NCBI GenBank assembly: GCA_013239625.1
Contig: MU054001.1
Span: forward strand, 4,132,167-4,196,166
Direction: 5' to 3'
DNA from: Lama guanicoe
Lineage: Eukaryota
DNA length: 64,000 nt
Every line of letters begins with the position of its first letter. Position 1 is the stretch's first letter. The notes beneath the pieces were generated by a model. It was not told the DNA's origin, did no database searches, and saw only the letters and a list, made by a program, of their open reading frames with translations. Made by a program: the position numbers and the translations under genes. Positions 26,030 to 37,100 of the stretch are shown piece by piece.

Positions 26030-26430
26030 TAGTGGATGCTGTTGGTGCCTCACTCACGTCACCCATCCTGGGGGCACCCCAGCCCCAGCAGCTGTCAGTG
26101 TTGTCTGCCAAGGGCCCGCAGCTGCCACTTTCTGCAGAAGATTGCCCTGGACAACGCAGAGACTACTGCCGGGATGGGAGGCCACCGGGCCGACCTCACC
26201 ACGTAACCTAGGCTACCAAAGGCAGGCCCCTCCAGACACGGAGACCATTCTGCGATGCCCTCTGTATTCTCACCCCACTTTCCACACCACCACTGTGGAT
26301 TGAGCTGAAGCTGAGACCACATCCTTACTTGCTTCTCTCCTTCCCTTTCCTACGTCTCTCATCCCCTTTTAGGTGTTTCCTGTTGCCCCCAACAGAATCC
26401 CATCAACCTAGAAGGCTCCCTTCTAGGGCA
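26030..26430. mobile_element. ERVL-type LTR (LTR16-like) inside L2 remnants
   Basis: CAGCTGCCACTTTCTGCAGAAGATTGCCCTGG...GGATTGAGCTGAAGCTGAGACC...AGGCTCCCTTCTAGG. Confidence 0.55.
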
Positions 26431-26590
26431 CCCAGCCTGAGTCATCCTCCAGGTCAAGTATGGCTTCCTCGGGGGGCCTTGCCTGAACCTCCAGGCCAGG
26501 TCAGTTTTCCGTCCCAACAGCACCCTGTTGTTTTGCTTCATAATGGTTAGCACAACTGTGATTAAATAATTATCTGTGAAGTTATCTGGG

Positions 26591-26856
26591 TTTTTTAAAA
26601 TTTTTTATTGAAGTATAGCCCGTTTGCAGTGTTGTCTCAACTTCTTGTGCACAGCATAATGTTTCAGTCATACGTATATATACATATATTCCTTTTCATA
26701 TTCTTTTTCATGATAGATTACTACAAGATATTGAATAGAGTTCCCTGTGCTGTAGAGAAGGGCCTTGCTGTTTATTTTATATATAGTAGTGTGTATCTGC
26801 AAGTCTCGAGCTCCCAGTTTATTCCTTCCCACCGCCTTCCTCCCGGTAACCACTAA
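26591..26856 (-). mobile_element. Lineage-specific L1 3' UTR fragment
   Basis: TTGAAGTATAG...CAAGATATTGAATAGAGTTCCCTGTGCTGT...GGTAACCACTAA; same family as the copies at 22220 and 62829. Confidence 0.85.
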
Positions 26857-27672
26857 TGTGCATGTCCCTCACCAGACTGCACACTCCATGAGGACAGAAC
26901 CTCATCTAATTGTACCCACTGTGTTCCAGCCCCTAGCACAGTGCCGGGCACAACAGTACGCACTCAACATACTTGGATGAAGGAAGGAGGGGAGGCAGGG
27001 AGGGGAGGGAGGGAGGTTCTTGTGTAGCCTCTGTCCTATTTGCTCAAGGGCTCTGGGTTTATCTTTGTCATGGCAGAATCTGAGTCAAAATGACTTTGGG
27101 GTTGACAGCGATGGGTACTATGGCTTGGGCTCACTGCCCCACAGCAAGCAGCTCAGGGATCACGAGGGCAGAGGCAACCCAGGATCCCTACACGGACAGC
27201 TGCCATCAGCTGCCTCTCTTTTGTTCACTCGAAGGCAGGTGGCTGGGACAGATCTGCCTGTGACCACGAGCAACCCTGGAAGCTGCACTGTCCACAGCCT
27301 GTCACAGCAAATCACCTCAGGCCACCGCATCCCCAAAGAGAAGCTCACAACCCAGCCTTGGCCCCCTGGGCACTCTCCCACACTAACAGGCTGGTGCCAG
27401 GTGGGCCTGCTGCCAAACTGGGGCAGCTGCTGTAGCTGCTGGGGCCTGGGACGGACAAATGCCACCTCCCTCCCGTTCCCCCAGGCACCCCTAGAGTATC
27501 CAGGAGAAGGGGCCCTTTCCCACCCGCCTTATACCTGGGAAGGCCTTCACTGTGCAAGAAGCCTTTTCACTCCTTACTTTCCCTGACCCTCAGGCCAACC
27601 ACACAGGTGGCATAGGGTGGGTTCTACCCATTCCTCAGAGGAGAAAACTGAGGTTCAGACAAAGGAAGAAAA

Positions 27673-27796
27673 GGGAGATGATAGCTCAGTGTTAGAGTAC
27701 ATGCCTAGCATGCACGAGGTCCTGGGTTCAATTCCCAGTACCTCCATTTAAAAAAATAATTAATTAAAAATTTAAATAAAACAAACAAACAAACAC
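27673..27796 (+). mobile_element. tRNA-Ala-derived SINE (vic-1-like)
   Basis: ATAGCTCAGTGTTAGAGTACATGCCTAGCATGCACGAGGTCCTGGGTTCAATTCCCAGTACCTCCA; (AAAC)n tail; flanking CAGACAAAGG direct repeat at 27656 and 27797. Confidence 0.85.
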
Positions 27797-28449
27797 CAGA
27801 CAAAGGGAAACAAGAAAAGAAGTAGCAGTCTGAGGACAACTGGCCGTGGATCTTCCTTGCCCTGCTTCACTGCTGCTTGAGTGGGCTTGGAGGACCACAG
27901 CAGGACAGCAGTGAGGGCCGTGGGAGCCCCTGAACATCAGTCAGGTTCACGGGTTTCAGTGTGTCTGGATCAGGGGGGTTGGCTCCCAGGAAGCCTTTTA
28001 CATCTGTCGACTATAAAGGGGTTCCTCTAAAGGGTCCCATAAGTTCCCCAGAATTCCCCCAACCAAGGAAGGCCACACTCTACCCCAAGGTCAGGTGTCC
28101 AGGACATCAGCTGTGTCCCAGAGCACCCTCTCCATAGAAACACCGAGGTCTGAAGGCCCAGCTGTGGTGAGAGCCTGGCCCACTTCAGGGTAATGAGTCT
28201 GCTAAGGGCCTGGCCTGCCCCGGCCTCAGGCCCCCTGGGCAACTGCAGAGAGGCCTGGGCCTGAGAGAGCTGGGCAGAGGCCATTTCCTGGGAATGCCAC
28301 ACCCCCCAGTGGCCAGCCTTCCTCAGTGCCTCTCTCCTCCGCCTCCTCCTCAGTCTCTCCCAGAGGCCACCAGTTACCTCCTGTCCCCAGTCAAAAAGAC
28401 CCTCAGGGGAGGAGGGTGGGAGGGAATCATCACAAAACAGTAAGAATTA

Positions 28450-29000
28450 TTCCTTCATGCATCCCATAAATATTTCTTGAGGGCCCGCGCTGGGCCTGGC
28501 ACTGTGCTCGGTGCGAGGGGAAACAGCGTGAGTGGGACAGACGGTCCCTGTCCTCAAGGAGCTGGGAGTCCTGCAGGGAGAGAGAGCGAACACTCACACA
28601 GACGGGGAACAGAGATATAACTCCACAGAAAGAAGCAAAGCCATGCCGGGATGAGGAGTCAGAAGTGCTGCTGTGAGTCTCTGTTCCGGAAGCTTCTATG
28701 ACACAGTCACCCTGGAGACCAGGATGACGAGGAGCCAGGCCAGAAGCTGAGGGGAACATGTTCTAGGCACAGGGAAGAGCAGAGTCTGAGGTCCTAGGCA
28801 GAAGCAGGCCTGCTGTGTCAGACAAGTGAGGAGGCCGGGCGGCTGGGCCACAGTGACGGGGGGAGGAAGCTAGGCTGGGGAGATAATGGGGCCAGATCAG
28901 GCCCTGAAGCCAAAGTAAGGGTTTGGCTTTGACTCTGAGTGAGATGGGGAGCCATGAGACAGTTTGAGCAGGGGAGTGACTTATCTGGATCATGCTTTTA
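28450..29000. mobile_element. L2 LINE remnant
   Basis: TAAATATTTCTTGAGGGCC...GTCCCTGTCCTCAAGGAGCT...GACTCTGAGTGAGATGGGGAGCCAT...GAGCAGGGGAGTGAC. Confidence 0.65.
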
Positions 29001-30054
29001 AAAGCTTATAAACTACTTTAAAATTAATATTAGCAGCTGACATCTATTGAGCGCTTATGCTATACCAGGTCTTACTCTCGACATTTTGACCACATTATCT
29101 TCTTTGGCCTTATAAACACCCTCTGAAGCAGTGGCCTGATTCCCTTGCCCTTGTTCCAGAGGAGGAGCCTGAGGGTCAGAGTGGTGACATGATGTGCCCA
29201 AGGTCACAAAGTGGTAAATACAAACCCGAGACTTGAGCCAGTCTGTTCCTCTCCAGAGCTGCAGGGGTGCCTTGGTCAGGGGGTTGGGAGGCCTGGGTTC
29301 CCATTCAGACTCCCACCCACTAGCTGTGTAACATAGGTGGCTCCTGTCTGGTCCTGATGATGCCACAGACCCAGCCTCTGTCACATGGACCCGCTACATC
29401 CTCCTCTGGGTGTTGCAGGGAAGACACCGAGGAAGGGTCTGAGCAGATGCTCCCCAGGCGTCATAGTAGCTATTTCTCCCCAAAGCTTCAAGGCTGTGTT
29501 CTAGGGATGTGGTGAAATGTGTCAGGCCAATCCACCTTGGAAAGAGAAGGCACTCATCCTGCCGCCATGACAGAGCTGCAGCAAACCAGGCTGCAAAGGA
29601 AGTGCCAGGGGCCCGCAGATGTAGGAAGGTACTGGAGAGGACCAAGCAAGGTAGAGCGAGCCTTGCCCTCTCCCAAGATTGTCCTCTTCTTCTCCAACCA
29701 ATAAGGCTCCCTTTCCTTATGAGGGGGTGACTGGCTGCTGCCAAGAAGTCTCCCCTCACAGCCCAGATGGGAACCATCCTCCTACCCAGGTATCACAAAA
29801 CCTGAAGTTCTGCTGTTACAGAGCTGTTCCATCCAGTTGAGCAGTCATCTTTTATGGTCAGGTTCTCCTTAGTCCATAAACAGAAAATAACAATTTCCAT
29901 CCTTTAACTTATTTTCTGATCCCTTTTCCATGCACAAATACCCTTTCTTACACGTTTACGTGAGCATATGGAGCCTCTTCTGGAATCTGTTTTCATCTAG
30001 CGCTGCTCCAAACAGGCAGGAAGGGACTTTGGAAATTGTCTGGCCCTCCTTTTG

Positions 30055-30290
30055 AAGAGCAGTATGGCCTAATGGTTAGAATGTGGGTTTTGGAGGTAGG
30101 CAGATGTGGATTCAGATCCCAGATAGGTAAGCTGTGACTTGGGGTAAATGATCTGACTTCTCCAGGCTTCAGTTTCCTCACCTGTGAGATGGGGACAAAA
30201 GTACCCTTCTCACCCAGCTAGAATAAGATAAAGGGATGGACAGCGTAGGAAACACTCCAGCTAAGTACCCTGCACAGGCAATTGCTCAGT
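30055..30290. mobile_element. MIR SINE
   Basis: GCTGTGACTTGGGGTAAATGATCTGACTTCTC...CAGTTTCCTCACCTGTGAGATGGGG. Confidence 0.7.
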
Positions 30291-30354
30291 TTCTGTCCTT
30301 CTTATTGAGATACGTGTCAGGCTCAGAAAGTTTCCCTGTCTGGGATGATATTTG

Positions 30355-30895
30355 CATAAGCTATCTATTGCCATGGAATAAATTACTCTAAACTTTAGTG
30401 GTTTAAGTAAACATACACTTATTATCTCACAGTTTCTGTGAGTAACGAGTCTGAGCATAGCTTACTTGGGTCTTCTGCTTCAGGGGCTCTCAATGGCTGC
30501 AATCAAGGTGTGAGCCAGGGCTGAGGTCTCATCCGAATGCTTTGCTGAGGAGGGGTTCACTTTGAAGCTCAGGTGGTTGTTGGCAAGGCTAATGGCTCAA
30601 GGGATGCTAGACCGACAGCCTCAGTTCTTACTGGGTGTTGGCTAGAGGTTGCCCTCAGTTCCTTGCACATGAGCCTCTCCAACATGGCAACTTGCTTCAT
30701 CGAAGCATTCAAGCCAAGAAGACAACAGAGTTGGGTAGCAAGATGGAAGCCACAGTCTTCTGGGACTGGATCACAGAAATGACATCTCATCATCTTTGCT
30801 ATATACTATGGTTAGAAGTCTCTATGCAAGTCCACACTCAACTGGAGGACATGTGTACCAGGAGGCAGAAATCTTTAGGGGTCATTTTAGGGTCT
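30355..30895. mobile_element. MaLR MLT1-type solo LTR
   Basis: CTATTGCC...AAATTACTCTAAACTTTAGTGGTTTAAG...TTATTATCTCACAGTTTCTGTG...GGCTGCAATCAAGGTGT...CCAGGAGGCAGAAATCTTTAGGGGTCATTTTAG. Confidence 0.8.
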
Positions 30896-31192
30896 GACTC
30901 TGAAATGGTTCAGTTTAGCTACAATTTTTTGGTATTTTTAATGTGCCAGGCACTGTCCTGGAGCTGGGAATAAAAACAAGATGAGTTGGGGTTTCTATCT
31001 CCCAGGAACTTTTTTCCATGAGTTAATTTCTGCTTCATGTTTTTACTCATTTTGCACTACTGTGAATACTTTGGGATTTAGGTAAGATCTCTGTTGAGGA
31101 GGGAGGAAAAGTTACTAACTCTCTAATGTAAATAAGTTAACCAGAGCCTTTTCCTCCATCACAGGGTGGTCAGAGGGAAGAGAGAGGTACGT

Positions 31193-31217
31193 ACACACAC
31201 ACACACACACACACACA
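31193..31217. repeat. (AC)12 microsatellite
   Basis: Read directly. Confidence 0.95.
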
Positions 31218-31739
31218 GCTAGTTCTGAGAGGCATTTGCAGAGTGGTGGTCACTGTACTGGGTGCTGTGGACACTAAGGTACTGTGCTTCTCCAGACCAG
31301 ACCCTGCCCTGAGGGAGCATGCTGGGTGAAGGGGAGAAGGCAGGAAAACTCACAGGTTCAGCGTGGAGTGAGGCAACACCCCGTCTGCAGTAGCGGCCAG
31401 ACGCATGGGAGTAGTTGGCATAGCAGGTCTCCTTAAAGCAAAAAGAGTGGTAGCAACCTTAAAAGTTGAAAAGTGGAAACCAAGTTTTGCCCTATATTTA
31501 GGGTACATTGGTGGCTTGATTTCAGAGCAACCGAGGTTCCCTTCTCCAGCACAACCCTTCTTCCTCCATTCTGACCTCCACCTCACAGATGCCAGAGACC
31601 TTGTTACAGGAAGGTAATAGACACAAAATTTTAACCTTCATGAAAAAGCAGCTTCCCTCCACAGAGGAACCTCATCTTCCTGGGCTAACCCCTGGGGTCT
31701 GCAGGGGACTGCCAGTCACAGACTCAAACTTGCCTTGGC

Positions 31740-32120
31740 CATAGAGGTGGACTTGGTATCCAAGCTGGACCAATCTCCCATTCCCTTGCCCATAAAACAT
31801 GTGACCCAAGCCAAGCCAATCAGAGCCCTTACCTGGAATTTTTTCCTGAGCGAAGCTGACAGGGAAGAGACCCTTTTCCCAATTGGTCTGGAAGCAGCTG
31901 CCTGTAACTGTGTTTTCAGTCATATAAGGAAAAAAATGGAGTCCAACATACACAGGGAGGAGACAAAGAAAGAGAGAGCGAGAACTTGCAGCATCAAATC
32001 TCTGGGTCCCATCTTTCTTCAGGTAAGCTCTCCTCCTACCCTTCCTGGGCTTGTGAATCAATAAATCTTTTTATTTACTTAAAATAATTCAAACTGGGTT
32101 TCTGTCATTTGCCAACCATA
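31740..32120. mobile_element. MaLR MLT1-type LTR fragment
   Basis: CATGTGACCCAAGCCAAGCCAATCAGAG...GTGAATCAATAAATC...CTGGGTTTCTGTCATTTGC. Confidence 0.6.
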
Positions 32121-32299
32121 GCGCCCTTGAATTACAAGTCTACCATTTCACCACTGGAGTTCAAGTTAAAGCTATAAATCTTCCTAGGAGAAGTGATTCA
32201 GAGGTCTAAACTCTTACTTATAAATGACTAATGTCAGTTCCTTTTCTGAGAGCAGGCTATGATTATAGGTTTATCTGAAAATACACAGGGTAAGTGTGT

Positions 32300-32358
32300 C
32301 TAAAGTAAGTAAGACTTACTAAAGTAAGTCTCTACTTTAGTAAGTCTTAAGTAGAGAC
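32300..32358. repeat. Interlocked inverted/direct repeat cluster including a perfect 17-bp inverted repeat
   Basis: TAAGACTTACTAAAGTA (32310-32326) - AGTCTC - TACTTTAGTAAGTCTTA (32333-32349). Confidence 0.9.
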
Positions 32359-33169
32359 AATTAAGACATCCTTCATCATGTGTACAAGTAAAAAGAGCTT
32401 GTAATTCAGATTCAGAAAACCTGGATTTGAAACCTGGCTCTACCACTAACTGGCAACTTACTTCACTTCTACATTGCATCCATTTCCTCATCTGTAAAAT
32501 GGGAATAAGAATATATCTGCACTTCGTATGTTACAAGGTTATCATGTAGAAAAATATTGACATTATTCATTCTGCCTGCAGCCAACATCCCTGGATGTGC
32601 TTTATTAAATACATCTTAACATTTCATTTGGGTAAATGCTAATTAACAGAAATGTGAATAACTAATCTCACCAGTTGGGCTCAGCATCTAAGGGTAAGAG
32701 TGAATGAGAAGAAGGGCTAAAAATAGAGTTGAGGAGTGGACATCCATTTACAGAGCAGCAGTCTAAGTCTGGACCGCCATTTGATGTAGATTGATACATT
32801 TGCATCATTTTTTCTATTTAATTTCTAAAATTTATCTTTAATTTCAAAAAAATTTCACATACACATGAGATATTTTTCAAACAATATGGAGAAGCATAAA
32901 ACTAAAACAATCCACTGCATCTCCAGTCCTAGTCACGTGCTAGGTTTGCTGGATCCGGCATCCGGTACAGGAGTCAACAAATATTGTTGAAGGGAAGATA
33001 GAAGCTAGGGAAAGTGGTATAGAACGGAGGAGGCGGGAGAAGAGGAAGGGTGGTAAAAAAGAAAACAAAAAGGAAGAAGGGAAAACAGGGAGAGCAGAGG
33101 AAGGAGGGAGAGAAGGAATCAAGAGAGAAAAGGAAGAGGGAGAGAGAAGAAGAAGGGAGGGAGAGAAGA

Positions 33170-34180
33170 AACACGGAGCGGAGAAGGGCCCCGCCCCGGA
33201 CCCGCCCCGGACCCGCCCCCAGCCTGGATTCCGCCCCCGGGCACCAGGCTGAAGGGCCGGCACCAGGCTGAAGGGCCACCCCCAGCCGCCAGGGGCCGCC
33301 AAGTGCAGCCGGCGTCCCCCTGTGCGCGCGGCGGGCCCTCTCTCCCGCCTCCGCGCCAGCCGCTCGCTGACCCGCCGCCGCTCTCGGGCTCCGGCCAGGT
33401 CTCGCGCGCGCTGTCTTCTCGTGAGGAGCCTCGCGCCGCTCGGCGCACGCCGCCCCCCTGCCTCGCGGCGCGGGGTCTCGCGGGCCCCGCTCCCGCCCTC
33501 CGCTCGCCTGGCCCGGACCGGAAGCGGCGCCGCACGGCCTGGGCCTGGCGCGGGGGGCGGGCACCGGGGCCCGGTCGGACATGGGCAAGAAGCACAAGAA
33601 GCACAAGTCGGACAAACACCTCTACGAGGGTGAGGAGTGGGCCGCGGTGGGGGAGGGCGGCGGGCCCTCGGCGGCTCGGTGGAGCTTTCGTGCCTTCGAG
33701 GCGACCCTCGAGCCTCCGAGGTGGGCCGGGGGTGTACCTCCCGCGGGCAGGCCCGGACCCGCGAAGGCCGAGCGGCCCTCCTGAGCCCCGCAGACCCCAG
33801 GCGGGGGCGGCATTAGAACCCGGACCCCAGGCCCAGGCGGGTCTCCTGTTGGGAGGTGAGACGGCCCCGAGGGGCCCGGCAGCGTTCGGAGCGCTCACTT
33901 GGCGAGTGTCCGTCATTCAACAGGTGCTTCGCGGGGCGCCCACGGCGTGCCCCCGGCCGCCTCTTCCTGGGCACCTCTTCCTGGGCGCCTCCTTCTCTCC
34001 ACCCAGGGGTCCCTCTGCATTGTGGATACTGCCCAGCGAGGCCCTCCTTTAATCGAGGCCCGTTCCTTCTTTTTAAGAGTATGTAGAGAAGCCCTTGAAG
34101 CTGGTCCTCAAAGTGGGAGGGAACGAAGTCACCGAGCTCTCCACGGGCAGCTCCGGGCACGACTCCAGCCTTTTCGAAGA
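33170..34180 (+). promoter_or_regulatory. BRD7: CpG-island, TATA-less promoter and 5' UTR of BRD7
   Basis: Very high GC and CpG density; GC boxes CCCGCCCC at 33190-33219; TCTCGCG half-sites at 33400 and 33476; ETS-type CCGGAAGC at 33518-33525; spans exon 1 and intron 1. Confidence 0.9.
33581..33629 (+). CDS. BRD7: BRD7 coding exon 1 (49 nt)
   Basis: ATG in GACATGG context; [16 protein letters not shown]+G; donor G|gtgagg. Confidence 0.97.
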
Positions 34181-37100
34181 CAAAAACGATCATGACAAAC
34201 ACAAGGACAGAAAGCGGAAAAAGAGAAAGAAAGGAGAGAAGCAGGTTCCAGGTGAAGAAAAGGGGAGAAAACGGAGACGAGTAAAGGTAAATGTTGCATT
34301 GCTTCAGCTTTGCTGGTGGTACCACTTTCAGAGCCTTGCAGCCTCCCGCTGCCAACCTCATTTAATAATGTTTGTGTCTAGTGAGATGCTGAAACGCCTG
34401 TAGAATCGAACTGGTTTTGAGGAGGAGCAGGGTGGAATAGAAACACGAATCATCTATGCGTTTCAACAACTCTTTATTTAATTGTACTCTTAGTTGTAGT
34501 CACACATCAGGTGAGTGAGCTGCAAGTTCCCTATTTTCAGGAGCTGCCTGAAAGAGTGATTTTTCCATCTAAGGAAAGGTAAAAAGTCATGCTCGAGAAA
34601 GCCTCAATATTTGAGGTTGTGGAAAACAGCCATTTCAAAAGTGAATATGATGTACCGGGGTTCAAATTTTGTTCTGAAATAAATATTCTAATGCCAAATA
34701 CATAATGAACAACTTTCATCTTCTAAAAAAAAGTTTGAGTGTATTGAAGAAGAAATTTGATCAGAGACCTTTAGGGGATATGACACCAGTAATAAAAATA
34801 AGCATTATCTGAACCATTTGCAGCTAATAGGAAAAAAAAGAAAAGAAAAAAAGTTGACAGCTCTGTAGACTGGGTAAAATAGTATAAATAGTTAACTTAC
34901 CTTCCAAGGATGATCACATACATACCTGGAATTGTCCTAGACTTCTGCACTTCCCAAATTTAACCTGTCACTAAGTGACTTACTAAATCAGTTACTGGCT
35001 CTTGAAGGTAGATTTCCATAGGTTTAGTATTACAATTTTTCTGTATTTATATATATAGGAGAAGTGTTCTAATCCATGTGATTAAACACATTGGTAAATC
35101 ACTAAATTTTAGAGAGTCTCTCTTTGAAATTTCTTAACTATGCCTTTCTGCCCCAATGTTTATTGCCTTTCTGTAGACTGACAGTCTCTCGAATTGTCTA
35201 ATGTGTCTTTTTTCTAAATGTAAAAGCCACATATGATTTTTTAAAAGAAATTCAAGTAATACAGAAATGAATAAAATGGAGGGGAAAAAAGTTCCTCACT
35301 CCAGTACCTCATTTAATCTCCCCTTCTAGAGGTAATCAGGTTTTTTTTTAATTATTATTTATTAGTAGTAATTTGTGACCATGGCTTTAAAAAGTCAAGA
35401 GTAATATAAAAGCAGTCTCCTGCTCCATCCTAAAGTTTTACTTCCCAAACTTTTTAGTTTTTTCTTTGGATGTTTACTTCCATTTCTAAATGTAGGTTTA
35501 TTTTGCTATTTACTGATTTATCAGTTTACATCTTTTACCGACATCATGTTACAGAAGAGGAGAATTCAAATTAGCATTCTTGTATTGCTCCACGCCCCCG
35601 GTTTCCCTTCCTACATTCTCCCAGTGTAGAGACATCACAGTTCTTTGTTAAATCAATATTCATTATTTATTTTTAATTATTGTTCATTGGAAACAAGTGT
35701 AATTTACAAATACAGATCTGATCTTGACCAGTTGGTTAATTGCTTTCATTTGTTTGGTTATCGTGTACTAATTCTTCCCAAACTGTAACAGATTTGTAAA
35801 ACCCATCTGATTTCTGTTTTTCACATGGTTGGACATTTCCCCTTTTTTTGAGACATCCATCTTGCAGCCCTCTGTCCCCTCCTGCTCTAGTCTGGGTCAG
35901 TTATTCTGTAGACCTCTTCGGACTCTTTGCCTGCTTCCTGGATCCCATCTCTTCTTGATTTACTCCCTTTTTCTGGTGAAGTCTTAATTCTACAAACTTC
36001 GTAAAAAAGCAACCATTGGAGGTAGATTTTTGTAAGTTCTTACATGTTTGAAAATCTTTATTCTTCTCTCATGTAGTCTCCTCATATAGATTGGTTGTTT
36101 GACTCAGCATGGCATTCCAGTTTGGAAATTACTTTGTCCTAGAGTTTTGAAAGCATTGCTCTGTTATCTTCTGGCTTCCAGATTTGCTATTGAGAGGTCT
36201 GTTGCCATTCTGGTTCTTAGTCCTTTGCGTGTGACCAGCATGTGCTCTCTTGAAACTTTTAGGATCTTCCCCTTTATCTTCATTGCTCTGGTGCACAATG
36301 AATAATCTTGCCTTCAGCTCTGAGATGTTTGCTTGAAATATTTCTGTGATAGTTTCCCTCTCTCCGTTCTGTCTTTTCTTTCTTGCTAGAACCCCTGCCA
36401 TTTAGATGTTGGATTCCTGGTCTCATCCTCTGATTTTCTTAAGTTTTTTCCTCCTCTTTTTCCTATTTTTTTCTTGTATTCTTCTTTCAAGGAGAGTTCT
36501 TAAACTTTGTCTTCTGACTCTGCTATTGAATTTTATTTCAGATCTTGTACTTTGAATTTCCAAGAACTTTTCCATGTTCTCTAATTGCTGTTGTTTAAAT
36601 AGCATCCTGTTCTTGTTTGTATATGCAGTATCTTTTATTTCTCTGAGGATATTAGTTGATGCATTTTTTTGCTGTTTTTAAGTTTTCTTTTGCTCCTTGC
36701 ATTGTCTCTATTTCCCCTCAAGTTTTTCAGTTATTTATTTGGTCTCCTCCTTTTGTATTAAAAGCATCATTCAGTTAGGTGTTGAGCCTTTGTAATCTGT
36801 TTATATTTAAATGTGTAGTATGAAAAGGTTGATTTTATGCTTTGTGCCTAGATAGTGTTTGTCCACTGATGGACTTCACTGTAGCGTCACTAAACAGAGA
36901 CCTGATCATTTTGGTGGGGAACCACTAAATATCTGGACCCTGTAGATATTTTCTCAGGGCTCTTTGGTCTCTCCAGAGAGAGATTCCTCTTGCGAGAAGG
37001 ATCTTACCTGGCTGCTGGTATTTTGGGAGCCAACCAAGGAAAGGAGGCTGAAGGTCTTCCTATCCAGTGCTCTGCTCACAGTCCAGCATCTCTCCCCACT

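Noticed and set aside
26980..27016. G-run tract with G-quadruplex potential
   Set aside because: Appears to be a degenerate L2 3' simple-repeat tail with no promoter or gene context.
16..32900. Numerous 60-196 aa ORFs upstream of BRD7
   Set aside because: No recognisable protein similarity or exon chain; many overlap LTR, L2, MIR or L1 remnants.
32940..34361. Long overlapping ORFs (182-265 aa) on both strands around the promoter
   Set aside because: Pro/Arg/Gly/Ala-rich products of stop-poor CpG-island sequence, with no recognisable domain; the real coding parts are BRD7 exons 1-2.
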